Positions 40,010 through 52,968 are shown, counted from the first letter of the stretch. The stretch is 64,000 nucleotides of DNA from Octopus sinensis (GCF_006345805.1 NC_043007.1:67828001-67892000); one strand, 5' to 3'. The notes: a model not told the origin generated them from the letters alone. Numbers and translations are program-made.

Positions 40010-40498
40010 CACATATTTCTTGGTATGTCTGTGATATCTTGAGATATCTTGTCCACGGACAAACAAACGGTGGATTACCCATTTATTACGGGTTTTGACT
40101 TGGAAGAGATAATAAATATAATTATTTCTTGCGAAGGAAACTATGGTAATAAATCCGTCACTTATAACTTAATTATAAGTATTTATCACCATACATAAAT
40201 CTTAACTCAGGCTGCGTAAACGCTGTGGTGAATTATACACCCCAAGACGCTGAACGTGCATGTATGTTGAAGATAATAAAGCTAGCTCTTTCTCACCGCT
40301 ATAATAACAGTTTCATAGTTGCAGAAATAAATTTCATCAACAGGTTGAAGAAAATGAAGAAAAAGAAATTATTTATTAAATTAGTTTATTTACGTACATT
40401 TAATTTACAGTACAATTTATAAGTCAAAAGAAGATTGTCGTAGAGAGTTACGATATAATATTTATATTAACTAATTCTTCCATAACTAAGCTACAAGA

Positions 40499-41205
40499 TA
40501 AGGTATACTAGCCATCTCAATATGGCTAACCACTAAGGGTGGGTGTTACTGTAGCTTGTAGCCCAGGAGATCATCGTCTCCAGCTGGCTTTAGGCACACT
40601 TTCTGTGCCCTTATGGTATTTGCAAAGGGAGGTCATCCCTCCCCCGTCAACCTAAGTGATACGCACGGGAGGCAGTTTCGAGGTATTTGCCTGTCTTCGG
40701 CGTACGGCAATCACCGGTTTTATATATCGTTTTTCCAGTAACTTTTCATCACTGATCTCGAAAAACCCTTAGTGGTTAGCCATATTGAGATGGCTAGTAT
40801 ACCTTACATTGTCGTGCAGTTACTGTTTACATCTCGTTCAGAGATTTATTATTGCTTGCATATAGTTTTTCGAGATCAGTGACGAAAAGTTACTGGAAAA
40901 ACGATATATAAGGATTTGCATTGGGATTCTCTTCATCGAAAACCGGTGATTGCCGTACGTCGAAGACAGGCAAATACCTCGAAACTGCAGTCCGTGCGTA
41001 TCACTTAGGTTGACGAGGGAGGGATGACCTCCCTTTGCAAATACCATAAGTGCACAGAAAGTGTGCCTAAAGCCAGCTGGAGACGATGATCTCCTGGGCT
41101 ACAAGCTACAGTAACACCCACCCTTAGTGGTTAGCCATATTGAGATGGCTAGTATACCTTACATTGTCGTGCAGTTTCTGTTTACATCTCGTTCAGAGAT
41201 TTATT
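40499..41205. mobile_element. Penelope-type hammerhead-bearing repeat with inverted (40499-40766 / 40864-41161) and direct (40766-40850 / 41121-41205) duplications
   Basis: Direct alignment; HHR-like motifs at 40662-40706 (-) and 40954-40998 (+). Confidence 0.8.
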
Positions 41206-42033
41206 TTTGTTAAGCTACAAGAGTTTTAAACAATTTAAGTTAACCTTGTTGAATTAGATAAAAGACATGGCATGGCAACAGCCAATATCTCAAGAGAGTG
41301 AGTGTCGTGGATCGAGTGACAACCAACGAACACAGATTAATTTCCCCAAAATCAGGGTTTTTATAAATGCTTAAGCCTGAATTCTAAGAACCGTATTTCG
41401 TGAAACATTTCTCTTTGACGAAAGTTACAATTCAAATATGGGCAGTAATATTAACCAATGGGAAACTAACAATTATACCTATTTAGCCAACATGACCATG
41501 ACGTCATATTACCGTCGATAAAGGTTTATTATGATTGCTACAAAACAAACACGACTGAAAATAATACCTCCACCTTCGCTAGGGTGGAATTAATAATATA
41601 TAGATTTTAAGCGTAATTAATCTGTGAGACAAAATTAATAAAATGTTTATTGGTTTAGGTTTAAAACCACACTTTAACTGTGTTATCTGAGTTTCAATTA
41701 ATATTGGAGTTAAAATTAATATAATATTTATGACTTAAAAGTCTAAAATTACACTATGTTATCTAAAATTTTAATTATTCTTGAAGTTAAAATTAAGGAA
41801 ATATTTAGGAGTTCAGGTTTAAAATCACACCATGTTATCTATAATTGTTAATAAAATAACTTTCAAGCAACGTTTATTTTAAGAACTATATCTAAAACCG
41901 TAAGGGCCCACCGTTTAGTAGATAGGGTGTTGCACTCACGATTGCGAGATCTTTGGTTCAATTCCTGGAGCAGGTGATGTGTTGTGTTCTTGAGCAAAAA
42001 CACTTCATTTCATGTTGCTCTGCGATCCTTTCG

Positions 42034-42138
<105 letters not shown>

Positions 42139-42149
42139 CGAGAGAGAGC

Positions 42150-42455
42150 TAATGTACGACAGAAACATTATTTTTTTTCCTGAGACACTTTGCACAATTT
42201 TCGCGGTTTCCTTTAATCTAATTTTCTCAAATGTTCTCCATGTATCTATATTAATTATCGTGATATCACTTCCTGTATCCAATTGTAACTTGATATTCAC
42301 TTTATTCATTTTTATGGACATAAATTTTCTTTTCTGAGCATCGCTTAGAATTTTTTTTTGTTTGACCCTTTTTTTTGTTTCAATTTACAATGTGAGTTTT
42401 TATGCCCGATTTTTCCACAATAAAAACATTTACGATTATTTAAAGGACAATTCCC
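42150..42455 (-). mobile_element. Gypsy gag zinc-knuckle and aspartic protease fragment
   Basis: CFYCGKIGHKNSHC (CX2CX4HX4C) then [15 protein letters not shown] (DTG active-site motif). Confidence 0.85.
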
Positions 42456-43374
42456 CCTCCTCCTCCTCATCATCATCATACATACATCCATATATATATG
42501 ATTATATATATGTATGCATGAATGTATGTATATATGTATGATGATGATCATCATTATGATGATGGGATGGGGTGAATAAAAAGTGATGCCTTTTAATGCG
42601 ACCGCTGTTTTTTCCTTCCCTCTTCCACACACACACTCACTCTCTCTCTCTATCTCTCTCTCTCACACACACACTCACTCTCTCTCTCTCTCTCTCTCTC
42701 CACACACACACACACACACACAAACACACATTTGGCGGAATTTCGGAATAGCTCACCTGCGTTAGATTTTCTTTGTTTTGACGAAGATTTTTCAAATATT
42801 TTTTTTATCACGTATTTCAAAATAACGAGAGAAAGCCTTTTATGAAAAAAAATGTTTGAAATCCATGAAAATCGATAATTTTGGAGCACCGTTCCATTCT
42901 TGCCCTCACGACAGCAATCACCATTACAATTCTTTCACCATTTGTTTTTCAACACAAAATGAAACATAATCTTTTTCAAACTTTTTCCATTCTACGCAAA
43001 AAAACAAGTGAATTTAAAAACAATAGTCGAGCCATATTGACATGATACTTATGAATTTTTGATGTGTGTGTGTGTGTAAATATTCTCTAATTTCGAAATA
43101 AGTTTCACCATTGGAATTTCTATATCTGAATAGGAATTATTTGTATATCTAAACAGGAATTATGTTGATTTGCAATTTTATTTTAACACGGATTCAGGCA
43201 AAATCAAGATAAGTTTTAATAAATTCTTATTTTTCTCTTTAATTATTTGTGCAGTATATGCAGTATGTGCTACGGTTGTAGCAATGTGAGGAAATAACTG
43301 TAGTGATTTGAAATATAGAATGTCGTTCAATCCATTTTCTCTTAATTCCACTTCTCTTTCTCTCTGTCTCTCTG

Positions 43375-43407
<33 letters not shown>

Positions 43408-43444
43408 ATCCATATATATATATATAATATATATATATATAGTG

Positions 43445-43760
43445 AGGCGCGTGGCTTAGTGGTTAGGGCATTCGGCTCATGATCGTAAGGTTGTGAGTTC
43501 GATTCCGGCGACGCGTTGTGTCCTTGAGCAAGACACTTTATTTCACGTTGCTCCAGTCCACTCAGCTGGCAAAAATGAGTTGTACTTGTATTTCAAAGGG
43601 TCAGCCTTGTCACTCTCTGTGTCACGCTGATTATCCCCGAGAACTACGTTAAGGGTACACGTGTCTGTGGAATGCTCAGCCATTTGCACGTTAATTTCAC
43701 GAGCAAGCTGTTCCGTTGATCGTATCAGCTGGGACCCTCGCCGTCGTAACCGGCGGAGTC
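43445..43760 (+). mobile_element. SINE family C, full length
   Basis: Same sequence as 31795-32110 apart from a few positions. Confidence 0.9.
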
Positions 43761-43761
43761 T

Positions 43762-43842
<81 letters not shown>

Positions 43843-43843
<1 letters not shown>

Positions 43844-44406
43844 TGGGTTTTCTGGAAAGTTCGTGCCGCTTTGTAGTAGCTTACATTTCGACTTATTTTA
43901 GAACATGGTTGAGTTCATAAAATAGGATTTCACTACACCTCCATTTAGAGCACAGTCTAAGCTGTTTTCCTGGAAGAAGGTTTATGTTCCTATAAGCTGT
44001 GTTAATTTTGTAACCCTTTAAAATGGAAGATAAGAAAGTTCATCTTCGGTACTTGATGCATTGGGAACCAGAGAAAAATTGCTGTAGCTCGGCTGCGATG
44101 TCTTATCCCACCCTCCAGTTTCACCAGATATTGCTCCTTCGGATTTCCACTTATTCAGGTCTCTGCAGAATAGTCTTAATGGTAATAATTTCAATTCCTT
44201 GGATGACGTAAAAAGATACATTGTTGAATTCTTTGCCATGAAACCACCTGAATTCTGGGAAAAAGGTATTTTCAAGTTAAAGGAAAGATGGAGACGCATT
44301 GTGCAACAAAATGGTTCATATTTGGTTGACTAAAAATGTAATGGCAAGTATTTATTGACCTTTTTCTTTCCTTTAAAAATCGGCACGAACTTTCCGGACA
44401 ACCCAA
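43843..44406 (+). mobile_element. Internally deleted mariner (non-autonomous), copy 1
   Basis: TA|TTGGGTTTTCTGGAAAGTTCGTGCCG..CGGCACGAACTTTCCGGACAACCCAA|TA; MEDKKVHLRYL fused to the C-terminal PDIAPSDFHLFRSLQNSL..KERWRRIVQQNGSYLVD. Confidence 0.9.
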
Positions 44407-44642
44407 TATATGTATGTATGGCATAAAAAATTCTCCGCAGAAGACAAAAGAGGGGACATGCTTAGAAACGACTATCTCCCTTGAGATATACAGCTTCCTA
44501 TAAGACAACAACGTAGATTAAGGAAAACTGGGGAAAAAACAACAGAAAACGATGCGTAAAACACAGAATCAAAATCAAAATTTATTCACTTACATGTGTG
44601 TACATGAGTGCATTACGTATCAATGCATATATGTATGATTGC

Positions 44643-44691
<49 letters not shown>

Positions 44692-44995
44692 GTGTGGGGG
44701 TGGGTATGAATGTCTGTGTGTGTCTGTGTACGTGTTTGTATGTGTGTGTATGTTTTTACGCATTTTGTAAGCACACATACATATTCTTATTCAGTCTGTT
44801 AATACACGAATATATAAATAAAAGATCTTGCGTATGCGTATGTATATATATATATATATATGAATATATATATACATATATATATATATACATATATTTA
44901 TGTATATATGTATATATTTATATATATGTATCTATGTATATATATATATATATATACATGTATATATATATATATATGTATATAATATATATATA

Positions 44996-45057
<62 letters not shown>

Positions 45058-45410
45058 ATATATATTTATATATATATATTTATATGTACACGGCTTCGTT
45101 CTTCCATTGCTTCGTCTGCCTGCTTCTGTCACCTCCTGGCACCACTTCCTGAGTCATTCTGTTCAGTTTCCACTTCTTGAGACTTTCAAAATGATCTGCA
45201 GTACACGGAAGTTTTGGGTTTATATCATTTTAAATTGGAAACGTAATGCGCGCGCACGCCAGTACACACGCATACAAACATACAGACGCGTACACACGCG
45301 CACACAAACACGAACAAAGCACACTCTGTACATATACATAATGCATACTCACACACACACACACACATATATATGTATGTATATACACATGTATACATTT
45401 TGTATATACA

Positions 45411-46386
45411 CAGGGTGTCCATAAAGTTTGTTAACAATTAAAAAAAAAAATTATTACACAGGTAGTTGAGATATTTTAGCCAGATTTGTTTATTTTAATA
45501 ATTGTTTATTAAAGTTTTTATTGATATTACATTTTTGTGTTTCAGATACTCTGTTGATGGAAGTAAACTAATTCACTGAACCCCTATAAAATGGCTACTC
45601 CATATGAAAAGGCACAATGTGTATCCTAGTTTATTGAGACAAAATCGGATGTTCAGACACAACGAAACTACAGAACTAAGTATGGAAGCGATCCACAATC
45701 GCATCCTTCAATTCGTGCATGGCACAAGAAATTTATGGAGACAGGGATGTGGTGTAAAATCGTGTGCAATCGAATAATTGGTCTATTTTCCTTCAACGAG
45801 GCAACAATTATTGCAGATGTTTACCTCGACCTTCTGACAGAATATGTGGCACCACAACTGATTGATTTACAACCAGCCATCAGTTTCCAGAAAGTTGGTG
45901 CACCACCACATTGGGGACGGCATGTTTGTCAGTTCCTCACTCAAACATTTCCAGACCGATGGATTGGAAGGGATGGGTTAATTCCATGGCCACCGCGTTC
46001 GCCAGATATCACTCCCTTGGAATTCTTTTATGGGGCTATGTAAAAGGTTTCGTGTATCAAACAAAGATACGGGACATTACTAACTTGAAGCAAAGGATTC
46101 GCAATTCTATTGCCACCGTTGATGAGGCTATCCTACAGCGAACATGGCAAGAAATCGAGTACCGTCTTGATGTGCTTCGCGAAACTAATGGTGCTGATAT
46201 TGAGGTCTATCAAATAACAGTTTAAAACAATTTAATAAACAATTATTATAATGGCGGTGCCCCAGCATGGCCACAGCTCGTGAGCTGAAACTAGAATCAA
46301 TAATAAAGCAAATCTGGTTAAGATATCTTGTCAACTACCTTTGTAATAAAATTGTAAAATTGTAAAAAGACTTTATGGACACCCTG
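45411..46386 (+). mobile_element. Internally deleted DD41D (rosa-like) Tc1/mariner element with long imperfect TIRs
   Basis: TIR CAGGGTGTCCATAAAGT / ACTTTATGGACACCCTG|TA. ATG at 45591 (MATPYEKAQCVS..HTH N-terminus) fused to FQ..GAPPH..WPPRSPDITPLEFF; 41 residues lie between the last two catalytic positions. Confidence 0.88.
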
Positions 46387-46399
46387 TATAATTATATGT

Positions 46400-46717
46400 A
46401 GGCGCGTGGCTTAGTGGTTAGGGCATTCTGCTCACGATCGTAAGGCCATGAGTTCAATTCCCAGTATCGCGTTGTGTCCTTGAGCAAGACACTTTATTTC
46501 ACGTAGCTCCAGTCCATTTAGCTGGCAAAAATGAGTAGCACCTGTATTTTAACGGGAGAGACCTGTCACATTGTGTCATGCTGCATCTCCCTGAAAACTA
46601 CGTTAAGGGTACATGTGTATGTGGAGTGCTCAACCACTTACACCTTAATTTCACGAACAAGCTGTTCCGTTGATCGTATCAGGTGAGACCCTCGTCGTCG
46701 TAACCGACGGAGTGCTG
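46400..46717 (+). mobile_element. SINE family C, older copy
   Basis: GGCGCGTGGCTTAGTGGTTAGGGCATT..CGTAACCGACGGAGTG. Confidence 0.85.
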
Positions 46718-46759
46718 CACCTTTTTTTAAATATAATTATATGCATATATATTGGTAGG

Positions 46760-46793
<34 letters not shown>

Positions 46794-46843
46794 ATATATA
46801 GGCATGTATATGTATGTATATGTATGTATATATATGTATATAT

Positions 46844-46910
<67 letters not shown>

Positions 46911-47249
46911 TGGCCAGAAGTCAACCGATAAAATCCTTAAATCCTTAAAAATGTTTTAGCCCGAAGTCCGCGGCCATGCTGGGGCACCACCGAGAGTAAA
47001 TAAGAATTCAATAAATACTTAATATTCAATCTTATTTATTCATTTGGAAAAATGGTGTCGCTCAAGAAGGACTTCAGTTTGAACCAGTTTCATGATGTTT
47101 TATATTCAGATTTTTTAAAATTAAATTCATGCAGTTGTTAAAGATAAATAAATATTTGGAATTAAATGATTTTGATTTACTGTCAGGTAATTTTTGACCA
47201 ATCCTGTATATATGTAAATCGAAGAATACACTGTTATAAGTCCATTGGA

Positions 47250-47325
47250 GAGAATCTTAATCTGTTTCGCGCCGGATATTAGATAATTAGATGATTATCT
47301 AAGAATCACGCTCATCAGAAGTGCC
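47250..47325 (-). ncRNA. Degenerate hammerhead-like motif
   Basis: CTT-CTGATGA-GCG..(TAGATAAT/ATTATCTA hairpin)..CGC-GAAAC; the cleavage triplet region is mutated. Confidence 0.4.
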
Positions 47326-47698
47326 AAGATTGGAAATATGACGACGAATACCGGCTGTAATTGATTCATAATACTGTGTACGTTGATTCATGTACCACTC
47401 TACTGGCAAATATACGAGTGTCTATTTTTCATCGCTTTGGATTCTTAAACGACTCCACACACAGACACACAGACACACATACACACACAACTCACACACA
47501 CACACACACACCACACACACACACACACACACAGATATATGCATACCATACGAATATACATACCTAAATGCACGACGAATCAGAGGTACGCACTCGCTAT
47601 TCAAAAAGAGGAGATAACTATTAAATACCTGATCAATAAGAGGGACTTTGTGGTTGAAAAAAGTGCATTGTGTCACACTAGTGTGATGAATAGTGATT

Positions 47699-48322
47699 TC
47701 AAATTCTGGCACAAGGCCAGCAATTTTGGGAGAGGGGATAAGTCGATTACATCAACCCCAGTACTTAACTGGTACTTATTTTATCGACCTCGAAAAGATG
47801 AAAGGCAAGGTCGACTTCGGCGGAACTTGAACTCAGAACGTAAAGTCAGACGAAATGTCACTAAGCATTTCGTCCCGAGTGCAAACGATTATGTCTCCTC
47901 GCCTCATTCAATGTGATTAATATTCTTTTGTATTCTAGGCACAAGGCCCGAAATTTTGGGGAAGAGGGCCAGTCGATTAGATCAACCCCAGTACACAACT
48001 GGTACTTAATTTATTGACTCCTAAGTGATGAAAGGCTAGGTTGACCTCGGCGGAATTTGAACTCAGAGCGTAAAGACAGACGAAATACCTATTTCTTTAC
48101 AACCCACAAGGGGATAAACATAGAGGGGACACACAAAGACAGACATAGGGATTAAGTCGATTACATCGACCCCAGTGCGTAACTGGTACTTAATTTATCG
48201 ACTCCGAAAGGATGAAAGGCTAAGTTGACCTCGGCGGAATTTGAACTCAGAACGTAAGACAGACGAAATACCGCTAAGCACTCCGCCTGGCGTGCTAACG
48301 ATTCTGCCAACTCGCCGCCCTC
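47699..48322 (-). mobile_element. Three tandem SINE family A copies, each with a different tail
   Basis: Copies at about 47699-47905, 47925-48085 and 48087-48322; tails ..GTGCCAGAATTTGAAA, ..GTGCCTAGAATACAAAAG and ..CCCCTTGTGGGTTGTAAAGAAAT. Confidence 0.85.
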
Positions 48323-48977
48323 AGTGTGATTAATATTACCAACGTGATAAGCATGAGGCATAACATTGCTATCAAATCTATTTAAAATGCTCTCTGTAGA
48401 GAGAAGATTGTCCTGACAGTCATACATCATATGAAAAGGCACGCTAGAACCAGAATGTATTCTCCTCTTTAAAAGTGAGGAATGTTATTGAAACATTCCA
48501 AGAGAAAAAAAACAAAAGCAAAACAATCGGGTGCAAACGGAACACGTCTGGTATTGTATTATGGCGGGACAGGGAACAAACGTTGTTAAGCACTGTTGCA
48601 GAAGTAAAGTTAAAAATGAAGGTGAACATTTCACCCTAACCCTGTCACACCGTGTCCTGCTATAGTGGGAATATGTTAAACGTGATCGCTGCCGGATTCG
48701 CAGTAAAGTAGTAACGTATAACGCAAGCAGAGAAAGAATATGCAGCCGATTCTGTCCTTTAGCTTGCCTGCAATTTTTTATACTCTTGAGCTGTATGTGT
48801 AACTATTTATCGTTTTTCTCAGGATCCTAGGTGGAAGGTAAAGTTAGACACAGGGTCCCAGGTCTGAGAAGGTTAAGTTGTGGTAAAAGAGTATATAAAT
48901 GGTAAACATAGGGGGAACTTACAAATGTTTATATTTCAACTAAAGATTTTCATTTGTTAGACTACAAAAGAACGCGA

Positions 48978-49412
48978 GGATCTTTTCGGTTTGAACGGCA
49001 GTTTTTTCCTAGCGGTGTCATATGAACTTGTCACCCATAATTATGACCCTAGTATCGATCCATTGCATTTGTATATGTTTTAGGGTTAGGGTTAGTTAGT
49101 GTTAGGGTTAGGGGTGGGGGGAAGGGAATCTTTTTTTCTTCAGAAATGTAAATAAACCCAATCTGTTTCTTAAACGAGGGACATATTCATACGGCACAGA
49201 ATGTTTTTTTTAACCTCAACGGACGTCACTGATGGGTTGAAATTGCAGAAATTGAAGAAAAAACAACAAATATCTTACATATTATAGAATTTCCTCAATA
49301 AAGCCAAGAGAAAAAGATGTTTTATAAACACATTCTACCAGTATACGAAGTTTAAATTTTTTTAGTTACCTAGAAATTATGTTAAAAACTGGCGTTCAAA
49401 CCGAAAAGATCC
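48978..49412. mobile_element. MITE-like element with 29-bp TIRs and internal TTAGGG-like repeats; second copy begins at 63909
   Basis: GGATCTTTTCGGTTTGAACGGCAGTTTTT / AAAAACTGGCGTTCAAACCGAAAAGATCC; TTAGGGTTAGGG at about 49080-49112. Confidence 0.8.
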
Positions 49413-49523
49413 GAAGGCAAATCACATTCATTAAACCCAGTGAAATAGAGATACAGTGAAACTCTAAAACATTTAATGTTTTATTCTGTTTGAGGTTCCT
49501 TTGTGTGAACATTGCCATATATA

Positions 49524-49583
<60 letters not shown>

Positions 49584-49856
49584 TAAGGAATAATCACACT
49601 TATTTCAGTGGTTATGAGACATGTACACACAATAACAGCAAAATATATCTATTCATACACATACACATTAACACATTTGCATTTTCACAAAAGCGTTGTT
49701 ATTTTATTAGTGGTAGGCTTGAAGACAGAAGAATTTGAATGATTCTGTAAAAGTAATATATATATATATATATAGCCATCCATACACAAATAAACATGCA
49801 TCCATCTATTCTTCCCTCCACATGTCCATCCATCTGAAGACGTATGTGTGTCTGCG

Positions 49857-49887
<31 letters not shown>

Positions 49888-50269
49888 AAAAATACAAACT
49901 GGGACAAGAACGCAAAACATTTAGGAGACGATACAAAAAACACAGACGGGACATTCGAAGCCTTCAATCTTCAGTCAAGAACCGGATCATCCTCGCAATT
50001 TCGGCTGATTAATCTTGAGATTGCTCCAATCTGGCCATATTTGCATGTATACATATTTATGTATATGCATATATAGGTATATATATGGATATATATATGT
50101 ATACATATATATGGATATATATAATGTAATATGTATATATATATATAATATAAATAATATATAAATATATGCATATATACGTACATATATGTATATACCT
50201 TATATATACACCTTCAAACAAGTGCAAATACCTCTTCACACATAGTGAACACACTGACTTTCGGTATAA

Positions 50270-50275
50270 TTTAAT
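50270..50275 (-). terminator. Candidate polyadenylation signal ATTAAA of the Cys-rich peptide gene
   Basis: About 170 nt downstream of the TAA stop on the gene strand. Confidence 0.35.
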
Positions 50276-50447
50276 AACTCGTCCGGCTTATATATATATA
50301 TTGGTTCACGCACGAGCAGACACACACACATGTACGTACTTATACGCACACACGCGCGTGCACACACACTTCACACACTTACATATACATAAAGCAGTAA
50401 CCGAAGCAATATTAAAATTGAAACTTGGAGGGTGCTATTACTTCATC

Positions 50448-50591
50448 TTATTGAAAGTAGTTTCGACGGTAGAGACGGTTAGACACGACATCAACACTGC
50501 AATCATTGTTGTGGAGGAGTAGCAGGAAATCATGTGAGGATGTGGATGCATGTGGACAAACACCGTTGGCGCATTGCATCATTTTCTTACC
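50448..50591 (-). CDS. Last coding exon of a secreted six-cysteine peptide (eclosion-hormone-like Cys framework)
   Basis: Acceptor CTATTCTACTTTCAG| (AG at 50593-92); phase 0; GKKMMQCANGVCPHASTSSHDFLLLLHNNDCSVDVVSNRLYRRNYFQ* (48 codons); supplies Cys4-6. Confidence 0.8.
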   Translation of the reverse strand, partial: GKKMMQCANGVCPHASTSSHDFLLLLHNNDCSVDVVSNRLYRRNYFQ

Positions 50592-50645
50592 CTGAAAGTA
50601 GAATAGTATACATAAGAATATTTAAAACATAATAATCCTTCTGTA

Positions 50646-50862
50646 CGAAGGGATGCTGAAAAATTCCTGGCTTTGGGTAAAAGAAAATACAGTAGGATCA
50701 GTTAATTGTGATTTTATTGCATCTATTCCCCTCTTGGATCCACGTACTTATTGCAGCGGTTCTTCAGTTTTTCTAAGTCCTGTAAAAGAACTCGGAAGGT
50801 TGGGCTTTCAGCCAGGCCTTTTGCGGCTCCATTAAAGCGGGGACCTTTTCACCATTCCCTCG
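50646..50862. mobile_element. ~215-bp mariner-type MITE; second copy at 60659-60864
   Basis: TA|CGA(A/G)GG(GA/G)TGCTGAAAA..TGGCTT and a degenerate inverted end ..TTTTCA..CCCTCG|TA; the two copies share their interior. Confidence 0.7.
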
Positions 50863-50869
50863 TAATAGG

Positions 50870-51292
50870 AATAAATTTCGGAAGAGGGAGCTAATCGATT
50901 ACATCGACCTCAAAACTCAAACTGGTACTTATTTTATCGACTCCGAAAGTATGAAAGGCAAAGTCAACCTTGGCGGAATTTGAACTCATAACGTAAGGCA
51001 AAATGAAATGTCGCGAAGGATTTAGTCCGGCGTGCTACAGAATCTGCCACCTCATCGCCGTTACACATGTAACTAAAATTATTTCTACTATAGGTACACG
51101 GCCTGAAACTTTATGGGAGGGGGCTAGTTGATTACACCGGCCCCGGTACATAACTCGTACTTTATTTTATGGATCCCGAAAGAATGAAAGACTATGTCAC
51201 TTTAGCGGAATTTGAACACAGAACGTAAAGACAAACGAAATTCCAGTAAGCATTTTGTCCGGCGTGCTAACGATTTTGCCAATTCGCTGCTT
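50870..51292 (-). mobile_element. Two tandem SINE family A copies (a further diverged copy lies at 51885-52085)
   Basis: Family head and central motif on the minus strand. Confidence 0.75.
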
Positions 51293-51302
51293 TAAATATG
51301 TA

Positions 51303-51868
51303 TTGGGTTGTCCGGAAAGTACGTGTCGATTTATAGTAGCTTACCTTTCGACTTATTTTAGAACATGGTTGAGTCCATAAAATAGGATTTGACTACACCT
51401 CCATTTAGAGCACAGTTTAAGCTATCATTTCGTGGAAGAAGGTTTATGTTCCCATAACCTGTGTTAATTCTGTAACCCTTTAAAATGGAAAATAAGAAAG
51501 TTCATTTTCAGCACTTGGTGCATTGGGAACTAGACAAAAATTGCTGCAGCTCGGCTGGGATGTGTTACCCCACCCTCCACTTTCTCCAGATATTGCTCCT
51601 TCAGATTTCCACTTATTCAGGTCTCTGCAGAATAGTCTTAATGGTAAAAATTTCAATTCCTTGGTTGACGTAAAACGATACATTGATGAATTCTTTGTCA
51701 TGAAACCACCTCAATTCTGAAAAGAGGGTATTTTCAAGTTAAAGGAAAGATGGAGACGCATTGTGCAAGAAACTGGTTCATATTTGGTTGACTAAAAATG
51801 TAATGCCAAATATTTATTGACCTTTTTCTTTCCTGTAATAATCGGCAAGAACTTTCCGGACAACCCAA
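51303..51868 (+). mobile_element. Internally deleted mariner (non-autonomous), copy 2
   Basis: TA|TTGGGTTGTCCGGAAAGT..ACTTTCCGGACAACCCAA|TA; GTRQKLLQLGWDVLPHPPLSPDIAPSDFHLFRSLQNSL; same deletion as 43843-44406. Confidence 0.9.
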
Positions 51869-52362
51869 TAACTGTAGTGATTTCTGATTTTGCTAAAAGA
51901 CCTGCAATTTTGACGGGAAGTGTATTTAGGGAATGCATTGATCCAATACTTAACTGGCACATTTTATCGATTCCAAAGGATGAAAGGCAAAGGTAAAGTG
52001 ACTTCGATGGGATTCGAGCTCAAAGCATAAAGTGCCGGAGCAAATTAGGCAAAACATTTTTTCCGACGTGTTAACGAGTCTCCAAGCTTGTGTGATAAAA
52101 GCAACAACAATAATAATTTCATACACTCACACACAGGCGCGCGTGTGTAATATATATGTACGTATATATCTTTTATGTTTTCATATATTTACTTGTTTCA
52201 GTTATTAGATCCCGGTCAGGCTAGGAGAATTTTAATCCAGCGAGCTGACTACAGGACTTATTCTTTTTAAAGCCTGGTACTATTTATATCGGTTACTTTT
52301 GCCAAAACTAAGTTACAGGACGTAAACATAGCAACAACCGTTTGTCACATAATATATATTCA

Positions 52363-52472
<110 letters not shown>

Positions 52473-52893
52473 CAGGAGAAGGCCGGCTTATGGGATTACC
52501 TTACGTTCCCCGTCCATAAAGGTTTAGCATTATGTCGTATGTATATATATATATATTTGCATATTCTTATAAGGATCCTTTGAGAAGGAATTGCCCCGTT
52601 TTTGGTGTAATAAGGCGTGTTATGCGTAGCACGTGCGTTTATATCCCTTTATGTTAATACATACATATATGCATACATACATGCATACATACATACATAC
52701 ATACATACATACATACATACATACATACATACATGCATACATACATACATACATACATACATACATACATACATACATACATACATACACTAAGATACCA
52801 TCGGAAGTTCGTTGATGACTGTCTAATTAAAATGTCTGAGTATCAAAGCGGAACAGATTTCCTCTCTCTCTCTCTTCTACGTATGTATGTATC

Positions 52894-52968
<75 letters not shown>

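Noticed and set aside
43543-43767. Identical peptide RRLRRRGSQLIRSTEQLAREINVQ.. also encoded at 31740-32012
   Set aside because: Antisense reading of two young SINE C copies, not a duplicated gene.
45090-45215. Exon-like minus-strand segment (TGCAG|..[21 protein letters not shown]..)
   Set aside because: Open in one phase only, weak donor, no recognisable domain or partner exon; cannot be supported.
49080-49112. TTAGGG repeats suggesting a telomere
   Set aside because: Only a few units, internal to a dispersed TIR element.
49940-49985. CTGAAGA..CTTC-GAAT-GTC motif on the minus strand
   Set aside because: GAAA is broken, the stem II loop is too short and stem I does not pair; at best a decayed relic, so it was not counted.
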